From Bacteroidaceae bacterium (GTDB lineage: Bacteria; Bacteroidota; Bacteroidia; Bacteroidales; Bacteroidaceae): DNA of 64,000 nt. The stretch covers positions 2,309 through 66,308 of the forward strand of contig JAZTXR010000055.1 in assembly GCA_045636545.1 (NCBI GenBank). Reading direction: 5' to 3'. Position 1 is the first letter of the stretch. Every line of letters begins with the position of its first letter. Made by a program: the position numbers and the translations under genes. Positions 59,601 through 64,000 of this stretch are shown piece after piece. Under the pieces are notes generated by a model. That model saw only the letters and a list, made by a program, of their open reading frames with translations, did not search any database and was not told the origin of the DNA.

Positions 59601-60296
59601 AACGCTCTCAAGCACCGTGGTGATGCTGCAACAGGTTGGTCTATGGGTTGGAAGGTTAACCTCTGGGCTCGTGCGCAGGACGGCGACCACGCTCACATCA
59701 TCATCAAGAACGCTTTGAAGCACTCTACAACATACGGTACAGACCAGGGTCAGGGCGGTATTTACTACAACCTCTTTGACTCACACGCTCCATTCCAGAT
59801 TGACGGTAACTTCGGTGTATGTTCCGGTATTGCCGAGATGCTCTTGCAGAGTGCACACGGTTACATCAACATCCTCCCTGCACTGCCTGCAGTATGGAAG
59901 AGAACCGGTACTGTAACAGGTATGAAGGCTATGGGTAACTTTACCGTTGATTTCAACTGGTTGGATGGCAAGTGTCAGAAGGCTACAATCACAAGCAACG
60001 CCGGTGCCGAGCTCAAGGTACGTTGTAACGTTGGTGCAATGGAGATTTCAAAGGCCAAGATTACCGTTAACGGTAAGGAGGTTGGTGTGACAGTTGACCA
60101 GCACGGTATTGTAACAGTTCCTTGTGTAAAGGATGATGTTGTTGAGATTGACTTCACAACCGAGACATCAATAGCTCCTGTTGCTGCCAGTAATGTAAAG
60201 AGTGACGCTATCTATGACCTCAGCGGCCGTCGTGTACAGAGCGCTCCTGTTGGTCAGGTCTACATCCAGGACGGTGTGAAAAAACTTGTAAAGTGA
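56610..60296 (+). CDS. GH95-family alpha-L-fucosidase-like enzyme with ~380-aa N-terminal modules and a T9SS C-terminal sorting domain
   Basis: GH95 N-terminal motif LWYTTSAE...WMEYALPLGNGELGCMVFGG...NEKTLWSG, catalytic-domain motifs GWSMGWKVNLWAR and FQIDGNFG. The C-terminus ...AIYDLSGRRVQSAPVGQVYIQDGVKKLVK looks like a Por secretion tail. Confidence 0.85.
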   Translation: MKKIFFMLVSFLCMAFAAQAQTVTDLSQLSNDKVYTLRSARAFLLYSENVPGEICGSTGKQVGSVTRNNADPAQLFRIEKNGSNYYLYSLGAEKYVSSNGSFTATASSVLSLTNVGGNYPWKLTIGGNGMNSQVAGQMDAGITVNGYTLTDEGNCYIIEEGVAPSSDFSVSVLGTDNAAAGVVVNGTEYKNGDTFTVDFVLKRSHLKANAVEGKIATAYVDGAVVYVSYFDADTKFYTIQNGKGGYVSLNPEYCSGANLMLSNKNTPRDNQAIWAFVKNGSVYNVYNYSTGLSKVLGMTGSEASARAVMVNPETTSYTVEFDGTLNFGNGEPSYIKWAGTSSQYWNDRNSYLALWNSSGAIGDTGSKFFLDEVDYADYPDEYIHEISKIEGVSSFSPKNPNTLWYTTSAEAAGVSYPWMEYALPLGNGELGCMVFGGVRTEELQFNEKTLWSGPANVVGAGGGNRTFMNFGSLFITNNDNTVFDGVTDYVRYLDIEEGIAGVEFKNVNGTKQVRKYFSSAPDQVIAGQYVSEGEDKLNLTFMLEPGTGIGASAVTYNADGTAEFTGAMTVNYAARLHVVASEGATVTASARGITVKDATEVTFYLKGATNFNGDMEVLNNYFTTETSADVNERVKGEIEAAQAKGFAAVEAAHVADFTAITKRMTFDLGLTTPTVDTKTLVDNYYPNNPNATSTQNDHLFLEQLYFHYGRYLAIGSNRKPIAAPNNLQGIWNDRGADSPWNSDIHTNINIQMNYWPTEITNLSDLHKPFVNFIIRGAQSDGWKKVGQQYNAGYGWSVLTESSLYNSMSTWGSNYLVANVWYTSHLWMHYRYTQDKEFLRKAFPVMWDCAEFWFHRLIKDRRVYDDTYVAPDEFSAEQHGNEKEDGTAHAQQMISYLFENIAEAIEILGANELGLSQADLDKLALYLEKTDKGLHTEVYDGKWGNPCFGVKTGDVLLREWKYSPYSVGEKGHRHISHLMALFPMDQITPESEYFVPAVNALKHRGDAATGWSMGWKVNLWARAQDGDHAHIIIKNALKHSTTYGTDQGQGGIYYNLFDSHAPFQIDGNFGVCSGIAEMLLQSAHGYINILPALPAVWKRTGTVTGMKAMGNFTVDFNWLDGKCQKATITSNAGAELKVRCNVGAMEISKAKITVNGKEVGVTVDQHGIVTVPCVKDDVVEIDFTTETSIAPVAASNVKSDAIYDLSGRRVQSAPVGQVYIQDGVKKLVK

Positions 60297-60316
60297 TTTT
60301 GCTTTGATATTTATTG

Positions 60317-60351
60317 CTAACGGCATAGCCCAATTTGGACTATGCCGTTAG
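60317..60351 (+). terminator. hairpin CTAACGGCATAG...CTATGCCGTTAG
   Basis: 12-bp perfect stem, 11-nt loop, no clear T-run. Confidence 0.45.
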
Positions 60352-60392
60352 ATACTTGAATTTAAATGTTTGTTATCTAAATAGAATTTTAA

Positions 60393-63300
60393 ATGAAAAA
60401 AGTTTTTACTCTTTTGTTCGCAATGGTATGCCTTGTTGGCACAGCTTTTGCGCAGAATGCCGAGGCGCTCTCATGGAACGTGGGCTCCGGAGCTAATGAC
60501 AAGGCCGATATTACTTGGATTGGTCTTGCTGTCCCTGCAACAGAAGGTGTCACAAACGTGGCATTGGAGAATATCCATCTGTGTACTAATACCGAAAAGG
60601 CTGCAACAACAAAAACAGCCTATATGGTAATCTCTTCTACAAAGAATATTGAGGACAAGGTTGCTGTCTCTACCAACAATCCAACACCGGTGAACAATGC
60701 TTTGGTCGAGTACACCTTTGAGGATGTAACTTTGACTGCCGGTGCTACATACTACATCTTCTTCTCGGAGTCAAATACCAGTATCGGTTCATGCGGCCAG
60801 CGCATAGCAATTTCTAATGCAAATGGCAACTATGAACCAAAGGTAAGTGCCGGTGGGTCGGAGAGAACATGGCTTCCTTACTTCAAGGTAAATGTTGCAG
60901 ACCCCAATGCCGCTCCTGCTGTTTTCTCTGCAACATACGGCGAGAAATGGTTGCGCCTTACAAACTGTAACAATCAGAGCTATACATGGAGTGCGCCGAC
61001 ATCGTCAAAGGCGGGTACAGCCGCTTTGGATATGAGCCTCGAGAACCAGCTCTTCTGCTTCGTCGGTAACAATACCGATGGTTTCGATATCTACTGCAAG
61101 GCTTTGGGTCAGCAATATAAGCTCACAGCAAGCACATCTCCCGGTAACGGCACAGCTGCATCGTGGACAACAGGTGAGGCTGCAAAATGGTACTTGAATA
61201 TGAGTCAGAATGCAGCAAGTGAAAGACCTGGTATCGGTGTGACAACAAATGTTGATGGTGGCTACTCTTTGAATATGTATGGCGGTGCCGGTGGCGATTT
61301 GAAGTTCTATGGTATTACCGATGCCGGCTCACGTTGGACTATCACACGCGTCAACCCCAATGCTGTAAATGTGCGCCTGAATGTAACGGGTGAGACAAAG
61401 TATCCACAGACAAACACACGTATCGGTGATTTCAAGCTCACATACGGCAGCACAACTTCTACCACAACCATCACTAAGGATTTGAATGGCGAGCAGAAGA
61501 CATACTATTTCCCACACGGCGAGAATGTGTCAATGAGCACATTTACCTATCACGGCTGGAATGCGAGCATCGAAGAGGGTGAGAGCGTTGAGTATACCAT
61601 TAACAGTGAAAATGGAAACTTGTACAGGGATGGCAGCACTGCAAACCAGAACTGGAATAGCATTTGGAAAAGTACAAAAACTCCTCAGTTGACATTCGGT
61701 TGTGGCGTAAACAACATGAATTGGGTTAACGATAATGTGCAGATGATGAGCGGTCAGACCGCAAATTCAACCTATACATTGACAGCGCCCGAGGGCTACA
61801 GAATCGAGGAGTACTCATTCACTTTTGCAAACAACAACCATGACACAGGCCTCACACTTACATTCAACGGCACTGAATATACAACAAGCAATGATGCGCA
61901 GACAATCGCTTCTGTAAATGAAAACCTTGTTTCATTGCAGTTTACTCTGGCCGGTACAAACGGCAAGGGTGTTCTCCTTACAGACTTTACTGTTAAGCTC
62001 AAGCCCATTGTGAATGTGAATTTCACCGGCGACATGGAGAGCGAGTACCAGTACTTGTGGTATCACAACAACCCTCCTTACCGCATCCCTGCCATTGCAA
62101 CACGCAAGGACGGCAAGTTGCTTGCGCTTAATGACTATCGTCCTTGTGGTGCCGACATTGGTTTCGGTCGTGTTGACTTGGTGCAGCGTATCGGTTCTGC
62201 CGATGGTACAGTATGGGGCGAGGGTACAACTATCATCACCGGTAATGTAGATGACAATGTAGACGGAGATATAACAACCCAGCACAATGACGGTTACGGT
62301 GATCCCGCAGTCTGCATCGACCGTGAGACAGGTCGTGTATTGCTCATCTGTGTAACAGGACGCACCGTGTGTGGTAGTGCAACACGCGAGAATCCTAACC
62401 GCATCGCACGCTTCTACAGCGAGGATGGTGGCGAGACATACCACTCGGTAAATGACGAAAATGCTATCTTTGACGATATTACCGAGGAGTTCTATGGCTT
62501 GTGGGATACCGAGGCTTACAAGGCCGGTGACAAGACAAGCCAGGACCAGTATACAGCGCAGAGCTTCTTCTTCGGTTCAGGTCGTATCTTCCAGAGTTCA
62601 AAGATTAAGGTGGGCGACTACTATCGTATTTATGCAGCTCTCTGGAGCAAGGATATGCACAACCGCGTTGCATACTCCGATGACTTCGGTCTCACATGGA
62701 ACATTCTTGGCACACGCGAGGATATGCCTTTCCCCAACTTTGGCAATGCAAACGAGCCCAAGTGTGAGGAGTTGCCTAACGGTGACGTGATTATGTCGTC
62801 ACGCAAGCCACACGGCCGCTACTACAATATCTTTACATACTCTGACATCGAGAACGGTCAGGGTTCTTGGGGCGAGGGTACAAACAGCGACATCCCTGCA
62901 CCAAGTGACTGGAATGGTACAAACGGTGAGATTACAACATTTAAGGTACTTGGTGCCGATGGTGATATACACAACATCGTTCTGCAGTCATTGCCTCTTG
63001 GCCTTGAGGAGTACTCGGGCGACGTTCGCCGCAACGTAGGTTTCTACTTCAAGGATATCACAAGCAAGTACAGCTACCAGAAGGGTGGCAAGAACGATGT
63101 TCCCACATTCGCGACAGGCTGGGAGAGAGGTCTGCTTGTAAGTACCACACAGGGCTCTGCCTACAGTACATTTACCTTGCAGACCGATGGCCGCATCGGT
63201 TTCTTCTACGAGGAGACTCCTGGTGGCTATTCAATGGTTTACGTGCCTTTGACAATTTCGCAGATTACAAATGGCAAGTATGTTGAAATTCTTGGCAATG

Positions 63301-64000
63301 CAGAGGATACAGGCGCACTACCTGTAAACATTACATACTCATACCGTTATGGCAACACCGAGTGGCTCAGCCAAAAGGAGGTCGCATACGTCGGTGAGGC
63401 GTTCCCGCCAGTTCTCTCTGCTGCTTTTGCGCAGACATCGGGTACTCCCGAGGGTGTTGCGACAGCCGAGGACGAGGGCAGGACATTCGTGATTGAGTGC
63501 GAATTGGAGGATATGCCTTTCAAGCCTTCATCTTCTTACGATATGGCTTGCTGGTATTCACTCAAGATCCGCAACACAAAGAATGTGTACTATGATGAGG
63601 CAACAGGCAAGTTTGCTTGCAACGCAACTGCACAGAGCGGCAACAACGCTCTCTTTGCCTTTGTGGGTAACCCATTTGCTGGCTATAAGATTGTGAACCG
63701 TGCGCTTGGTGCAGAGAAGGCTATCGGTGGTGCTGTGTCGAACAACGCACACGTTTCTGCAGTAGACTATGAAACTGCACCTGTGTATATGTTCGAGAAC
63801 AACAACAATGTATTCGTATTCCGCAATGCATCACACTCTTTGGGCTATTTGAACGATGTGAACAGCAACCTTGGCTATTGGACTACAGATGCAGCTGCAA
63901 CTGATGGCGGTTCTTCATTGAAATTCACCCTTGAGAGCGATATTCACGAACTCTATGTAGGTGATGCCGGTTATGCGACACTTTACCTTGGCTTCAATGC
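60393..64000 (+). CDS. GH33 exo-alpha-sialidase with large N- and C-terminal accessory modules (3'-partial, continues past the window)
   Basis: Frame open from the ATG at 60393 to the window end, so it is absent from the ORF track. Signal peptide MKKVFTLLFAMVCLVGTAFAQ, sialidase RIP motif YRIPAIATRKDGKLLALNDYR (from 62079), Asp-boxes SADGTVW, SEDGGETY, SDDFGLTW. Confidence 0.85.
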   Translation, partial: MKKVFTLLFAMVCLVGTAFAQNAEALSWNVGSGANDKADITWIGLAVPATEGVTNVALENIHLCTNTEKAATTKTAYMVISSTKNIEDKVAVSTNNPTPVNNALVEYTFEDVTLTAGATYYIFFSESNTSIGSCGQRIAISNANGNYEPKVSAGGSERTWLPYFKVNVADPNAAPAVFSATYGEKWLRLTNCNNQSYTWSAPTSSKAGTAALDMSLENQLFCFVGNNTDGFDIYCKALGQQYKLTASTSPGNGTAASWTTGEAAKWYLNMSQNAASERPGIGVTTNVDGGYSLNMYGGAGGDLKFYGITDAGSRWTITRVNPNAVNVRLNVTGETKYPQTNTRIGDFKLTYGSTTSTTTITKDLNGEQKTYYFPHGENVSMSTFTYHGWNASIEEGESVEYTINSENGNLYRDGSTANQNWNSIWKSTKTPQLTFGCGVNNMNWVNDNVQMMSGQTANSTYTLTAPEGYRIEEYSFTFANNNHDTGLTLTFNGTEYTTSNDAQTIASVNENLVSLQFTLAGTNGKGVLLTDFTVKLKPIVNVNFTGDMESEYQYLWYHNNPPYRIPAIATRKDGKLLALNDYRPCGADIGFGRVDLVQRIGSADGTVWGEGTTIITGNVDDNVDGDITTQHNDGYGDPAVCIDRETGRVLLICVTGRTVCGSATRENPNRIARFYSEDGGETYHSVNDENAIFDDITEEFYGLWDTEAYKAGDKTSQDQYTAQSFFFGSGRIFQSSKIKVGDYYRIYAALWSKDMHNRVAYSDDFGLTWNILGTREDMPFPNFGNANEPKCEELPNGDVIMSSRKPHGRYYNIFTYSDIENGQGSWGEGTNSDIPAPSDWNGTNGEITTFKVLGADGDIHNIVLQSLPLGLEEYSGDVRRNVGFYFKDITSKYSYQKGGKNDVPTFATGWERGLLVSTTQGSAYSTFTLQTDGRIGFFYEETPGGYSMVYVPLTISQITNGKYVEILGNAEDTGALPVNITYSYRYGNTEWLSQKEVAYVGEAFPPVLSAAFAQTSGTPEGVATAEDEGRTFVIECELEDMPFKPSSSYDMACWYSLKIRNTKNVYYDEATGKFACNATAQSGNNALFAFVGNPFAGYKIVNRALGAEKAIGGAVSNNAHVSAVDYETAPVYMFENNNNVFVFRNASHSLGYLNDVNSNLGYWTTDAAATDGGSSLKFTLESDIHELYVGDAGYATLYLGFN

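Overview
This window reads as core chromosome of a Bacteroidota genome, most likely Bacteroidales. Shine-Dalgarno sequences are almost absent, TAnnTTTG-type -7 boxes sit 25-90 nt upstream of many starts, lipobox and T9SS-type sorting signals occur, and there is a PorT homologue. I count about 50 protein genes and one tRNA-Val(UAC). I see no rRNA, no CRISPR, and no integrase, transposase, phage, toxin-antitoxin or defence-type gene that I can recognise.

Gene content:
- Translation and GTPases: yceD-rpmF, era, der, rplS, frr, rsgA, asnS, an rluB-like gene.
- Proteostasis: tig-clpP-clpX.
- DNA repair: recQ, mutL.
- Metabolism: guaB, purB, asd, a manC-like gene.
- Envelope biogenesis, unusually concentrated: mlaEF-like genes, lptB, lolD, three SurA/PpiC-type genes plus an OstA-like gene, an OmpA-family gene, porT.
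- A TonB-receptor locus and a TPM/LemA pair.
- Two large secreted glycosidases at the 3' end: a GH95 enzyme with a T9SS C-terminal domain, and a GH33 sialidase that runs off the window.

I cannot support a multi-gene novel system of the defence or toxin kind here. The items most worth follow-up are:
1. A ~190-nt intergenic element bounded by inverted termini, present as two full copies and one half copy. Its differences between copies are compensatory in at least three helices, so it is a candidate structured RNA, or else a MITE.
2. A lower-GC two-gene module: a 1,036-aa acidic lipoprotein plus a 465-aa predicted outer-membrane barrel. Neither family is recognisable, and it is preceded by a 500-bp repeat-rich leader.
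3. A REP-like palindromic repeat family (GTCATnCnGAnC...GAGAnATCTC) in the leaders of frr, an ABC-F gene and the lipoprotein gene.
4. lemA interrupted by a single in-frame TAA.
5. GH95 and GH33 enzymes that share an uncharacterised ~130-aa module.

CDS coordinates were cross-checked against the ORF-track frames. Hairpin and repeat ends may be off by 1-2 nt. All family assignments come from motifs read by eye, and no database search was run.
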